From assembly GCA_000934665.2 (NCBI GenBank), contig KZ538634.1, forward strand, positions 1 to 57,209: a DNA stretch of 57,209 nt, in the 5' to 3' direction. Positions within the stretch are counted from its first letter, which is position 1. Each line of letters starts with the position of its first letter. The position numbers and the translations under genes are program-made. Shown here piece by piece: positions 23,981 to 36,777 of the stretch. Below the pieces are notes generated by a model. It saw only the letters and a program-made list of their open reading frames with translations. It was not told the DNA's origin and ran no database searches. The DNA comes from Catajapyx aquilonaris (lineage: Eukaryota).

Positions 23981-24284
23981 GTATGAGAATCCCACATACG
24001 TAGTAATGGCAAATTACTTGGAGTGCAATGACTAGTTTCTGAGTTTATAGCCATGTTAAAAAGCAGGACTATTATGCACCATGGAGAGAATCCCTGGCTT
24101 CCTTGATGTTAATATTTGAACTCTCGCCTAATTCAATTTTCAGGGGTTGCATCAAAATGTGTCGCAGAAATGCAATGAAATATACTGTATTATAAAACAC
24201 ACTGGCAAACAAATTTTGACAAAAGTCACGGCTTTGACATTAAAGTGGCCATTTCTTAATGATCTAAGGCTTTTGATTCGGTTC

Positions 24285-25165
24285 CACACGGGCGTTTGAT
24301 AGATAAGATGGGGTCATTTGGAGTCAGCCAGGCTTTCATAATGGTCATTCGAGATATTTATAGCAAGTTCGCTATGTTTGTAGATCATGACCCTTCCATA
24401 CAGCAAAATCTAACGGTGGGATTACCGCAAGGCGAGCCTTTGAGTCCGATTCTTTTTAACCTTTCCGACCTACCTACAAGCCCGGGGAGCTCCGGGTGTG
24501 AATTTTGGACCCAATACACTGGAAGTGACATCGTTATCTTACGCTGATGACATCATTCTCCTGGTAGACAATCCCCTTTATTTACAAAAGAACCTCCGTG
24601 CATTACAGGACTAATTTAGGAATAACAAACTGACGATTAACTTGAAGAAAACCAAAGTTATGTATTTCAAACGGGCGGGAATATCCCCCAAGTTAACGTT
24701 CTATTGGGAGGGCATTACTCTGGAGTGGACGAAAAATTACACTTACTTGGGCGTCCCTTTTACTACTACGGGGAACTTCACGTTAGCAAGCAAACATTTT
24801 AAAACTAAAGCACTAGTTGCAATCAACAGCTTGTGGCCCGTTTTATTACGCCTTAAGGTTAGGGACATCCAAACGGCCATTAAATTATTTAATGCTCAAA
24901 TAGTTCCGGTGCTTCTCTACGGTTCGCAAGTGTGGGGCATATCCCAGATAAATGTGTTTGACCAGGTCCAGAACTACTTTTTAAAGAAATTCTTGAGTCT
25001 CCCAAGAAATACCGCTCTATACTTTCTCCATCTCGAGATAGGCGAGCCCCCCTTGTCGGTAGGATTTTTTAGGCTTCTTTGTAAATTCATAGTGAAATTA
25101 CAAAATTTACCGGAGGAGAGATTACTGAAAATAGCCTTTCGTTCAGCCCTAAAGGATGCTGAAGC
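24285..25165 (+). mobile_element. Non-LTR retrotransposon reverse transcriptase fragment, clade unresolved
   Basis: GLPQGEPLSPILFN, YADDI, INLKKTKVM, YTYLGV, PVLLYGSQVWG; several frameshifts and stops. Confidence 0.9.
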
Positions 25166-25169
25166 ATCA

Positions 25170-25665
25170 TACTAACTTTGCAGAAAAAAATGTGCTGTAC
25201 CTGTACCATATTGCTGGGTACGTCATGTTACGCATTTCTGAAAGTAGAAAGATATGTGATGTGTGCTGGCAATCAGCAGTTACCTCTGAGCCTTGCAAAA
25301 ACATGTATGTGTATGCCACACTAACTTCACTGCGCTGTCACCGAGAAAATTCACTGACAACTGTAAATGAGAAGTGTTTTAATCTGTTTTTGGAATGTGA
25401 CACATATTTCAGATCTGTACAGGCTCAGTTGATCAGAAAAAAAGTGTCCACAAAAGCAATTGTGGCTAGCTGTCAAAGGGTCATCATTGATTGTGGGTTT
25501 CCCAAGTGTCACTTACTATTCAATAAGATTTTGACCTATTTCTTCACTTTTCGCATGAAACTGTGGAGTGCTGAGCAACGAAAGAAGCTAAACGGAATGA
25601 AAAAGGTAGCTAGATCTAGCAAAAGTGTTTCTATGAGAGTAGATAGTATAAGGAAAAAGTGTTAA
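25170..25665 (+). pseudogene. P/THAP9-type transposase C-terminal fragment
   Basis: EKNVLY..IAGYV..KICDVC..FPKCH..KILTYFFTFRM; parallels ENALYYICGY..CSAC of the 9428-11017 ORF. Confidence 0.75.
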
Positions 25666-27032
25666 GCTGATCCAACGCAACTGTTGAGCGAGTGTATCAT
25701 TATTGTACGGTATTGTAGTGTGTAACATATGAATAGAAGCTCCAGTGCACCACTCTACCCTGCACAGCAGAACGTGGGCCGTGGGCGTTCTCCGTTTCTC
25801 GCCCGTCTCACTCAAAAACGTAAGATATTCGTTATTTTCCACTTTTAGAGACTTCACTTCTCGTCACCACTCACCATCATGACCACATTGGCAGCCCCAC
25901 GAGCCGCCAGTAGAAAAATAACGCCTCAAACAGCTCCTTTATAATTGAAGGGTTCGGGAGAAGAAGGTGACAACCCTCAATAGTCCCAGACCTAAACAGA
26001 CCAGATAGGGCAGGACTGTGTGACCGGTGCATTTTTCATGCAGTGTACATTTTACTCATGACGTCATTCGCATCACTCATATGTAAATTTATCCCATCAT
26101 GCACTTGTCTCTCTTGTATATAAACCATCCTCTGTAAATGACTCGTGGTCAGTCGGTCCCCACCTTGGGCCGACTACCCGACTTTGGCATCTACCTGAGT
26201 CGTTAAAGTACCTTTATATACCCTGCTCCTTTCACACCCATGCTGATCTTAATTAAATGTTGTCAGAGTCCATTTTATGTCTTTCCATATCCCTCTCACA
26301 CCCCCGCTCGGTGACAACTGCATGTCAATGAGCAGTGATACATGCAAGCCAAGCAGTGCAGGTAAAAGGGAACAAATCACATATTCCAGGATGGCGGAAA
26401 ATATTCTCCGCCCGTGCCTCCGTTGGATGAGTTTTTGGACATTGGAGACATGTCTGAGGACATTTCTGACGACGCGACGGCGGGAACGACAGAGAACCTG
26501 ATTATGTGCCACCCGCGGAAACAGTGTCCGCCAGGGCTCTCCTGACTAAATTGTGGTGATTAAAAGTTGTCTGACCGAACTTTGTTGTGGCGTACCTTTT
26601 TATGGAAAGCTGAAGTGGACGGAGGGACAAACGTCTAGTCAGAGGAACATGGCTCTTCTATCCGGCCAATCACAGACGGGCGCTCCCCCGCGCCACAGGA
26701 GAAGTGTGGCATGCCCTTGTACTTCTGTATACCCTTGATACAGTACCTTGGATACAGTGCTTTCCAATCTTTTTCGTCGGATGCAAGATGAAAACATAAA
26801 GAGGGCTCTAATTGTAAGTTGCACTGTATCATGAACAGTGAGGAAATGACGTGGCAGGTGTCAGAGGAAGGAAGTGGGAAAATACACACAGTCAAATAAA
26901 AAAATGTAGATCAATTATTGTGCAAAGGGCTTACTTGCCCTAAAGTGACCAGACGTTTGTACGGAGGGTGGATCGCAGCACCATCAAGCGGACGAGAGGG
27001 AAAAGGACGGTGGCGTGACCTGGCGGGATCTT

Positions 27033-29476
27033 TAGTGGAAGCGGTAAGGAATTGGGTAAGGACCATATTTCGGTAAAACCTGGCATTTGATGATGAAAGT
27101 GTGCCACTTGGCATGGTGCTTCCTAGGACCATAAGGAATGATTCCGGAAGTGGAACCGGAAATTTCGTCCATTAGGATTCAAGATGGCGGCCAATAATGA
27201 AAATTGCCTCCATTGTTACAAAATCGGTATTGTTCGCAGGAAATTGACGATTGAGATGTCAATTCCTACCAATAGGAAGTCGCTGAACACGATTCTAATG
27301 TCAGGATACAGTTTGAACATGTTTTAAAACCATTTTCACAAAAATTGCCAATTTTGAGCCTGGCGTGGGGCGAGGCTTTCCCATATCAGCGCGCATGCGC
27401 CAGCCCGTTGCGACTCGTAATGTTGCCGCCAGCGGGCATCGTTACTCACAAGTCACAAGAGAGTGTAATAAAAAGCGAGAGAAGGCATCATCGTCCATTG
27501 TACTTGGTAGGTAAGAGGTAAGTTGACTCAGCGTTTATTATTAATATCTTGCTGAGCATGTCTTGTGATGGCGAATGTCTCTGTTCTTGTATTTAGAAAT
27601 CGTGGAAAAGGGATAATCCATAATGTCAAACCCGCCAAAAAAGCTGCGGTTGGCGGTACCTGAAAATCCTGTGGATTGGTCGAAATGCTGTCTGTGTCAG
27701 TCAATGGAGGTGGACAACCTGATGTGTCCGGCCAAAAATCGCAATCCTATGGCCCAGAGTGCCGGATACAGAAGTTTGTCTGGAGCACTGGAGGATTTGC
27801 GAAAGTACGGGCACACTCTTCCCTCTGATAAGATGATAAGAGAGTCTCGGAGAGGAGGGCTGCCTTTTCACTAACCTCTGTAACAATGAGGCAAAGTACC
27901 ACAAGTACTGCATTGTGAAGTACCAAGGGGAAAAGCTCGATCGCCTCAAGAAAGCCTCTGTCACGGACGAAGCTGAAAGTCCGGGTCGCTCCTCTTCTCA
28001 GGCAGCCCGTGTGACACGGTCGTCAATGCCCTTGCCTCGTACTGTGGACAGCATATGCTTCCTATGCTCCAACCTCCAAAACAGAGCAGTGGAACAAACC
28101 ACTTCATAATGCTTCCACCGACAACATTTATCACCATGTGCAGTCCTGCGTCAATATCTTGCAGGATTCTAAACTTCTTGCAACACTCAGTGCTGGGGAC
28201 CTTGTCAGCCAAGAAGCGAAGTATCATAAAGAGTGTCTAACACGGCTCTATAACAGATGTAGAGGATCAGATGCAGTGCCTGATTCAGGGAGATCCATGT
28301 GTGAAGGTCTCGCTTTCGCCGATCTTCTTGGTTACATTAGTGCAAAATTGGAGAGTGAATCGACTGAATACATGTTCAAAATGCCAGAACTGATTCGCAT
28401 GTACCTTGATAGATTGGCGGAACTTCTTGGTGAGAGGGTGGAGAATCTCACACCTCCTCAAACTTCACGATTCCGTGGGAAAATCCTTGCATATGTTGGA
28501 GATTTGCAGGAGATCAAGTCCGGAAGAGAATTTGTATTAGTCAGGAAATCAGCTTACATTCACAAGGAAGTGTATGCAGAGGACTATGACAGTGATGCTG
28601 TGGCTTTTCTCCGGTTCATCAGAAATCTAAGGAAACAAATGTCCAGGACACAGGCAACTTTCCAGGGGACAATTCGATGAGGACTGTCAACTTCAAAGCA
28701 TTCCTCCCGCACTATTGGCAGTCGTAAATTCCATTCTGCACGGAACTTCATCTTGGACAGGAGCACAGCCAACGAAGCCTGGACTCACTCTCAGTCAACT
28801 TATGATGTTTAATTTCCATAAGAAAGAAAAAGCCCCCGAATCTGATTCAGCGCGACATGACAGATCGTTTGAACCTCCCCTGCCTGTTTACGTAGGACTC
28901 TCAATGGTGATGAGTGATGTGATGTTACCCTTTGCCTTCGAGCATCATCATACAACACCACCTGCTCACTCTGGCCAAATTACCGGTAAGAAACTTTAAA
29001 ATATCCTCAATAGTCAATTTCCGACGAAAAACACCAACGGCGGCCATATTGGTTTCAAACGTGTTCAAACTGTATTATGACATTAGATTCGTGTTCAGCG
29101 ACTTCGTATTGCTAGGAATCGACTCCTCAACTGCCAATTTCCTGCGAAAAATACCTATCTTGTAACAATGGAGGTTATTTCCATTATTGGCCGCCATATT
29201 GGTTTCAAACATGTTCAAACTGTATTCTGACATTAGAATCGTGTTCAGCGACTTCGTATTGGTAGGAATTGACACCTCAATCGTCAATTTCCTGCGAACA
29301 ATACCGATTTTGTAACAATGGAGGCCATTTTCATTATTGGCCGCCATCTTGAATCCTAATGGACGAAATTTCCGGTTCCACTTCCGGAATCATTCCCTAT
29401 GGTCCTACGAAGCACCATGCCAAGTGGCACACTTTCATCATCAAATGCCAGGTTTTTCCAGCTACCGCTTCCACTA
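27033..29476 (+). mobile_element. Internally deleted Academ transposon with both ends
   Basis: TAGTGGAAGCGGTA...TACCGCTTCCACTA ends, 3-bp TSD CTT (27030-27032, 29477-29479), arms of about 300 bp. Transposase N-terminus 27623-28900: DWSKCCLCQ, AKYHKYC, GDLVSQEAKYHKECL. Tandem unit of about 150 bp in the right arm. Confidence 0.9.
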
Positions 29477-29487
29477 CTTGGGAAACC

Positions 29488-29617
29488 AAGGGGGAGAGTT
29501 GTTGTAGATGGGAGAAATAGAGAGTGGAAACAAAGTGTGCTAGAGTGTTTCATTACTTACCCTGCCTCCGTGTCCCGGCCGTCGAAGAGGACCACTTCAT
29601 GGTGTCAGAAGTGGGAT
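29488..29617 (+). mobile_element. PPT, 100-bp LTR (29500-29599) and tRNA-Leu PBS of a Gypsy-type/TRIM-like element
   Basis: AAGGGGGAGAGT|TGTTGTAG...CCACTTCA|TGGTGTCAGAAGTGGGAT (18-nt match to the tRNA-Leu 3' end). Confidence 0.78.
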
Positions 29618-29952
29618 TGTCGAGACAGCAGGAGCAGGGAAAGGGTGAGTCAAATGAGTTGTGGGGGAGGACTACGATGGCATTGAGGTGGATGAAGGGG
29701 CGAGCTGTGAATGAAGATGGCGGCGAGAAGGCGGCCAGGAAAACTTCTAGGAACCACGAAGAGGACGATACAAGGGGCATGGTGCAAGAGACGGTACCAA
29801 CACCAAGGACATGGCTCCGAGACCGGGAGGGGACCAGATGGAGGAATAGTCCCAGTGGTGGTTGGGACCTGTTTCCTGGTATGGTAACGCCGGGGAATGG
29901 TACGATGCAGGGTGACCAAGAGGGTACACGGAGCCTGGGGTGACCAAGAGGG

Positions 29953-30550
29953 CAGTGGAAATCGGCGGCATCACCAACACCCAAAAAGGCAAAAGTCGTT
30001 CCATCAGCAAGGAAGCTTATGGTGATTACCTTCTTCGATTGTAAGGGGATGGTGTACCAACACGCAGTTCCCCGCCACACTTCTGTCACCGGACAGTACT
30101 ACCTCTCAGTGATCAAGACTCTCAGGAAGCACATCGCCAAAAAACGCCCGGAACTCCATCTGAATGGATTGAGGCTCCATCACGACAACGCCAGGCTTCA
30201 TGTTGCGAATGCCGTAACTGAATATTTGGCCAAAAAAGACATCTCCTGTGTACCGCAACCTCCTTACAGCCCTGACCTGTCTCCATGTGACTTTTTTTAA
30301 ATTCCCCACTCTGAAGTCCAAGCTACGAGGACAGCGATTTGAGACGCTGTACTGAAGAAATCTGAGGCGATCCTGAAGGAGGTCACAAAGAATGGCCTGC
30401 ACCATGTGTTTGACGAATGAAAGAAAATATTTAAAAAGTGTATTGACATGGATGGGGAGTACTTCGAAAAAAGACCATGTGCCCATTGGTCCAGTTCAAT
30501 AAATAGTGTGAGGAAAAAAAATAAGTCCTAGTCTTTTTTGATCCGCCCAT
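29953..30550 (+). mobile_element. mariner (DD34D) transposase 3' fragment
   Basis: QWK..SPTPKKAK..KLMVITFFD..LHHDNARLH..PPYSPDLSPCDFF; 34 residues between D2 and D3. Confidence 0.92.
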
Positions 30551-31179
30551 ATATGCCTTCTGCGGCATGTGTTTGAGCCTGTGAAATTGGCGTAGCCTGC
30601 GTGCATTGGCAATTACACCAATATGACACACCAATATATGTGAAGCTGCCGAACATGCTATGAATCACATTGTGTGGATGATAGATCTTACCAATTTCTT
30701 TCCCCGGCAATATGCTGTCTTATTTTTATTGCCTGCAAATCGGTGTGGTCAGAATTGACTATATATTGACATAGAAACCCATTTTGCTAGGGACATATAA
30801 ACTGACTTGCCACGAATGGTGCCCTGGAGCTTGAGCTTGGGGTGCAGCGTAAAATCCAAAAAGCACCCCCTGAACAGGCTAATTAGAGCACTTACACAAG
30901 CATGAAATGGCGATATGGTGATTTGACGAATATGACTTTGATTTAGTTTTGATTTTGACATGGTTTTGATTCTGATTTGATTTGGCGAAATGGCTACTTT
31001 TTAGCCTATTTCAAATACAGGGTGTTTGGCAGGTTTATGGTGGTTTTCCAAGCAGAGTGTTGACACTCCCCATTCTTCGAGATGCAATTTTGTATGTTTC
31101 ATCATATGAAGACCTTTTCCCAAAAACAACACATGTCAAAGAAGTAACTTTTCAGGACACACGTTCGTAACTCTCCAAA

Positions 31180-31795
31180 ACTCAATGTTTTCTGTGCTGT
31201 GTCAAAATCCAAAGTCTACGGCCTTTTTTTTTTTTTTCGCCGAAGCAACCGTGACGGGATGCATCATCTATCTGGACATGATTGAGAATTGGCTCATGCC
31301 TCAGCTGGGCACCGACAGTACGGACTTGATCTACCAACAGGATGGTGCTCCGCCGCATTTTTACCACAGACTTCTTGAACACCAGACTACCAAACCGATG
31401 GATTGGTCGTGAGGGGAACGATGATCACCAGCTGTTGTCATAGCCTCCACGCTCTCCAAATTTAACTCCGTGTGTGACTTTTTAGTGTGGGGATATGTGA
31501 AGGCTTCTGTGTTTGTGCCACCACTACCAACCTCTCTGCCACAACTGCGGGCCCGCATCAACAACGCCTTCGCTCAATTTGACACTGACAAGTGACATGC
31601 TGCATCGGGTATGGGAAGAGCTAGATTATAGAATTGATGTGTGTAGGATCACTAAGGGGGCACACATTGAGCACATGTAGGTGTCACAAAAAACTTGATG
31701 AGTTTCTCTATATATTTGTAGTACAACTTGGATCCTTTTTTTTTTTAAACCACAGTGATTTTTTGAAACCGCTGCAATCATTTGTAGACACCCTG
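31180..31795 (+). mobile_element. Second rosa/DD41D-like mariner fragment with right terminus
   Basis: YQQDGAPPHF, RWIGR, PPRSPNLTP, VWGYVK, WEELDYRIDVCRITKGAHIEH*; end CATTTGTAGACACCCTG. Confidence 0.85.
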
Positions 31796-32159
31796 CATAT
31801 ACTTGGCAGGTGCATTTGGTGTTTAGAATTGTTCATTGGCCTACCTGTATCCTAAATACTCAGAACCCTCGCACCCTAAAGTGAACATGTCACCCTGTGT
31901 GACGCAATAATTAATAAAAATTTCCTTGTTAACACTCAGGCATTTAGGAGTTATTTAAGCAAGTGCTTCATGGTAGTCGGATTACTGGGTACAGTGCGTC
32001 AGCGGAAGACACGGGGCCTACTCGCCACCCCCAACAACATATCCGAAGCACCAAGAAATTAATTTTTGGATCCTTTTTAGTATGTTTAATGCATGAGGTC
32101 CTTTGCTCATGGAACTTCTAGCCACGCCAATGAAAGTTTAAATAACACAATGGCTGACG

Positions 32160-32525
32160 CCAAAAAGAGAATTGAGGAAAACATACGCCGAATTCTCCTA
32201 ATAATTGAGACCGTCATTCTCTGTGGCCGGCAATGCATTCCTCTTCAGGCCCACAGAGATTCAGGTCACATGACTGAAAGATGAGGCGAGACTGGCAAGT
32301 GACAATGAGGGGATTTTTCGGGCTACTTCGCGCTACCGTGCCAAAGGCGACAAAGAACTCGCCCATCACCTGCAAAACAATAGCCACACCACGTATCTGA
32401 GCCCGAAGATACAGAATGAGATCATAGACTGCTGCAATCAATTCATTCGAGAGCAAGTAGTAAATCGAATTCATGCCGCCAAATGTATTTCAATCCTTGC
32501 GGACGAAACCTCGGACATATCCAAC
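32160..32525 (+). pseudogene. hAT (DUF4371, THAP12/ZMYM1-like) transposase fragment
   Basis: IIETVILCGRQCIPLQAHRDSG..DNEG..TYLSPKIQNEII..SILADETSDISN. Confidence 0.85.
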
Positions 32526-33226
32526 ATTTTGGGGACGTATGCAAAATGCTGCCGCATACCGGGTACGCCTACAAAGTTTCGTCCATACTGTATTCTCAAT
32601 TTGACAATAGTGCCATGAAGTATGGGCATGACCATGAAGATGGGGCTGTGGAGGGCGTCACAGTGGATGAGTGCGGACTGTTCATTGATCCCGACCTGCC
32701 GTACCTGGGTGCTACTCCGGATGGGGTTATTGGTGACGATGGCTTAGTGGAGGTGAAATGTCCGTCGTCAGCTTGCGACATGACACCAGAAGAAGCAATT
32801 TTGCAACGGAAAGTGACGGCATGGAATGTCAACAAAGACAAAACCCAAATCACCGGCAAAAACACCAACCACTCATACTTTTATCGGGTTCAAGGACAGC
32901 TCCACGTGACCACGAGGAAATATGCCTTATTCTGTGTGTGGACCATGAAAGGCATGAAGACGGAACGGATCATGAGGGATGACGATTTCTGGAGAAGCAA
33001 AATGGAGCCTAAGCTATCACAGTTTTATATCAACTGCCTTCTCCCGGAGATAATAAATCCCCGAAAAGGTCGAGACATGCACATCCGGTACCCACAATAC
33101 TTCCTGGAAGTCCAAGATGCCCATAGTGAACTGCAGGCGTCAAAGAAGAGGCGGCATGCTCCGGAAGCGGAGGACCAACACCTTAGCAGCAGAAAGGTCA
33201 AAGCCCGCAGAAAACTGCATCCATAG
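32525..33226 (+). pseudogene. YqaJ/lambda-exonuclease-family nuclease fragment, copy 1
   Basis: AMKYG..E, CGLFID..YLGATPDG, LVEVKCP, YFYRVQGQL, FCVWT. Confidence 0.9.
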
Positions 33227-33917
33227 GTCTTTCTGTGTATGTGTTTAGTGTTTTATGTATTTTAGTATGTAATACAGGTACAATTAACATGTTCAACATA
33301 GGTCATCAATCAAAAGAGGAGCAATATGTAAATACTTGCACAAACTAGTAAATAAGTGTGAGCGCACCAATGAATGAAGATGCTGTGGAGGGGCCTTTGC
33401 TGACGGGCAGGGTCCGCCAGTCTGGAGTTGATCCTCAATTTATTCCAGAATAGTAACATAAAATATCTAGATCAATTTTCAGAATGTCTAACAGCTACCA
33501 GATGGGTTGGGCGGCACCCAGGCGGCACCCGAGGCCGAATAGTGGCGGGCAGCCGATTTCGACCCAAGACGGCGTCAAAAGCGAAGTTGACGCCACCTTT
33601 TCTATCTAGACACCTTAGACTGACCATGTAGTTCTGAGTGAGTCGCCAGGTGACACTTCAGCCACCTGCACTCCCGAGTGGAGAGTTTAGTTTCCGATAT
33701 GGAGCTTGTCACGTAGCTTGACCGTGCGAAATATTTTCAGACTGCCAGGATGAGAAGTATTATAAGGAGAGAGAATCGGCCAGGGCGGGTCGGTGGAATG
33801 GTGGAGTTGTTGATCATAAGGAGAGTCGACCAGTCAGCAGTTACTAAGTCATCTGGATCAGTCAAGAGACACGGGAGAAGAGTCCCAAGCTATCCCTGGA
33901 GCCGAGACGCCGGCGCC

Positions 33918-33988
33918 AGTACCAGCAGTGAGTATGAGGGTGTCAATACTGTCACAGTATCGACACCCTCATACTCACTGCTGGTACT
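33918..33988. repeat. Near-perfect 71-nt palindrome (35-bp arms, 1 mismatch, 1-nt centre)
   Basis: AGTACCAGCAGTGAGTATGAGGGTGTCAATACTGT-C-ACAGTATCGACACCCTCATACTCACTGCTGGTACT. Confidence 0.95.
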
Positions 33989-34899
33989 TGGCCCAATCCT
34001 GTAGATGACGATTTCATGGCAGGTGAGTAAACTTTATTAATTTGTAAATTAATCATTGGGCGGAACTTTGCGAGAGGTGCCATTTCCATGTATACAATAC
34101 TTTTGCTCAAGTAGGAGAAACAGTATTACAAAAAAATGGTTTGCAACAACAAGTCCCACACCTAACTTATACTTACATATGCATTGGACCATTCAGCTCA
34201 AGAAGACTGCAGTGGTCAAAAATATGACACAGGCCTAATTGCCATGGTATGAGGGAGTAGCAAAGTATGAGCCCCACAGAAATATCATGTGATATAGCAA
34301 TCACAAATTGAACTTAATTCAGATAAAGATAGAATCGCTTCCATTTTTCAAAAGATATTGCAATAACAGAGACACTGATCATCATTTTCTATGGTTTAGA
34401 AACTTCCATCATCCTGGAGCTGGTACCTGTGGAAGATGCACCCGAAGATGATATGGTGATGTGGGAGCCTCCTACCAACCAATTCCCTTATACTCCCACG
34501 CAGCCCTGCACACCCATATTCACAACCTCCGTCATCCTCCCCTACATTGTCCCTTCCACAATCTGCATCCCCTCCACAGACTACCACATGTGTCGTCAGT
34601 GCGAATGCCACCCACAGGCACACCAGGGTGATCCAACAGAGACGCCGAATGCTGAATCAGCAGGGTGAATCTCCAGGTACAGTACCTGATAATTTATAGA
34701 AAAAAGCAATTGTGGTGTTGAAGGTGTTGAAGAACTCCTGAGTGTGTACCTACTGTGTTTAAGAAGTGCCCTCAAGATTTCCGATTTTTGCCAGGTCATC
34801 GAAAGCTCCTCCAGGCTATTATTCGGCATCATCATCATCAATCATCATGTATTGTGACTAAATTGAGATCTTATCCACGTGTTTTGCTGAACACAGGTT

Positions 34900-35225
34900 C
34901 ATATTCCGCAAGGTGTGGTGCTGTCATCATGCAAAAAAGAACAAGATACCTGCAAGCAAACGAAATACTTATTGTGAAGTTACCCTAGACGTAAAGATTA
35001 AAAAGTGCAATAGGGATACAAAGCGAAATGATCCATACCTAAGGAGGGATCCACCTCTTCAAGGAGAGATAAAAATAAAGAGGCATAACCATCCTCTGGA
35101 CACTTGCGGCGCCCTGCAATACTTGCGTGTCACAGATTCAACTAAGTCTCTCTTTCACGAGTACTTCAACAGTGGATTGGGCGCAGCAGATGCTACGCGC
35201 CTTCACGAGTCCAAACTAAGTTTAA
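34900..35225 (+). pseudogene. MULE N-terminal zinc-binding domain fragment
   Basis: WCCHH..KRNTYCEVTLDVKIKK..IKRHNHPL..LFHEYFNSG. Confidence 0.6.
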
Positions 35226-35294
35226 CTGGTACAAAAGTGCACTGGGTGTTATTTGCAGGAGGCATCACATCTGGACGGACACCAGAGATTATGC

Positions 35295-35498
35295 AGCCCG
35301 GAAAGGCATTGACCCTGTAAAACCACTTTGTTATCTTTGCTGACACAGCAAGAGGTAATAGAGCAGGGACTGGAGAGGTAGCAGTGGATTTAGGTGGGCC
35401 GAGACGTGAATACTTCAGGCTGCTTCTGAAGGACTTGCACAAATTTAACCTGTTCATAGGGCCTGAAAATAGCAAGACCTTTGCCCTCAATGCCACAG
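35295..35498 (+). pseudogene. HECT domain N-terminal exon fragment
   Basis: VIFAD..GEVAVDLGGPRREYFRLLL..LFIGPENSK, ending in a GT donor; absent from the ORF track. Confidence 0.8.
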
Positions 35499-36174
35499 GT
35501 ACTTTCCTTTTGCCTGGTGCAACGTATCGATAATTGATTTATTGGGAAAGAACAAAAATGCATATAGATATGGAGCCCTGTAAAAATTCCCAGTCAGGTA
35601 GTGTACACCAGGGTTAGTTATTAATGAGAAACATCATAATTGCAATGGATTTGGGCTACAAGGGCATCCGAGAAATTTTTCATCCAGCAGTCAGGTGACT
35701 ACCAAGTGAAATCTTTTTCATCCAGGCAATGCCAGGTGTTCTACTACTCGTATATAATTATAGTCGGCTCAGCTTCACTTGAGCGGTGCAGACAGAGCCC
35801 AGTGCGATATAGTCATGTACAGACCTCACAGCCAACATCCCTCAGTATTTTTGAAATACACCATAGGTCAGTGCCTGTGGTGGGGAAATGACATGTCCCC
35901 CACCGAAAAGGGAATTGTACACTCCCTCACCGCTCTAGTCAGGCTGAGCTGACTGTAGTATGCATATAAAACTTGTTACAGCCTTAAGGTCTGAAGTCAT
36001 GTGAACTTGCCAAGTCAACATGTGGATGTTCATAATTAACAGCTATGAGCCGATACCCAGTTATATTCCTATTGCTGACCTGGTTGTCGCCACCTACGAT
36101 TTTTCCCCACCCCCTCGCGCGCCTGACCCGTGACTCTGAAACACCCTGTATATTGTGTCACATAATACATGCTC

Positions 36175-36777
36175 CTTTCCATCACCAGTTGCATGGACTG
36201 AACAAAACACAAAACTTATGGTGGTCATCAGGCTGGAAATGAATGACGCATTTGAGAGCAGCCCCATCCCAAAAGTGAAGCTATGGAAGGTGTCAGAAGA
36301 GATGGGGGAGAAGGGGGTCCTGGTGTCATCTCCCGCATGTGATGCCAAGTGGCGTAACGTCAAGAAACGGTACACAGCAATCAAAGACCCAATGAAGAAG
36401 ACGGGGACCGGAGCCATTACATGGCCGTTCTTTGAACTAATGGATGAGGTTCTGGGGCACAAAGAGAATGTCTCACCAAGGCCAGAAACACTGATTTCTT
36501 CCATCCCCTGTGCTGCTCATGATGCAGAAGCAACAGAAGCAGAAGCAGGTGGCAGTTCCGAGACCCCTGTTAGGAAGAGGCTCAGGCGCCACGATGACGC
36601 ACCCCCTAGCTGGTTCCAGTCCTACCTGGTGGACAAGGCAGCAGCAGCGAGGCTCGGGAGGCCCGGGAGGAAGCGCAGCGGCAGAGGGAGGATCAGCGAT
36701 GGAAGGAACTGCGAGAATTAGAAGAGAGAAGGATAAAGGTGTTTGAGAACATTCTCAGTGTCCTGACAAAGAAGTAG
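36175..36777 (+). pseudogene. Myb/SANT trihelix protein (Harbinger accessory type)
   Basis: WTEQNTKLM..LWKVSEEM..CDAKWRNVKKRY..KTGTGAITWPFFELMDEVLG. Confidence 0.8.

Noticed and set aside
26790..26945. MULE SWIM-region scrap (WQVSEEGSGKIHTVK..C..C)
   Set aside because: Too short and degenerate to support as a feature.
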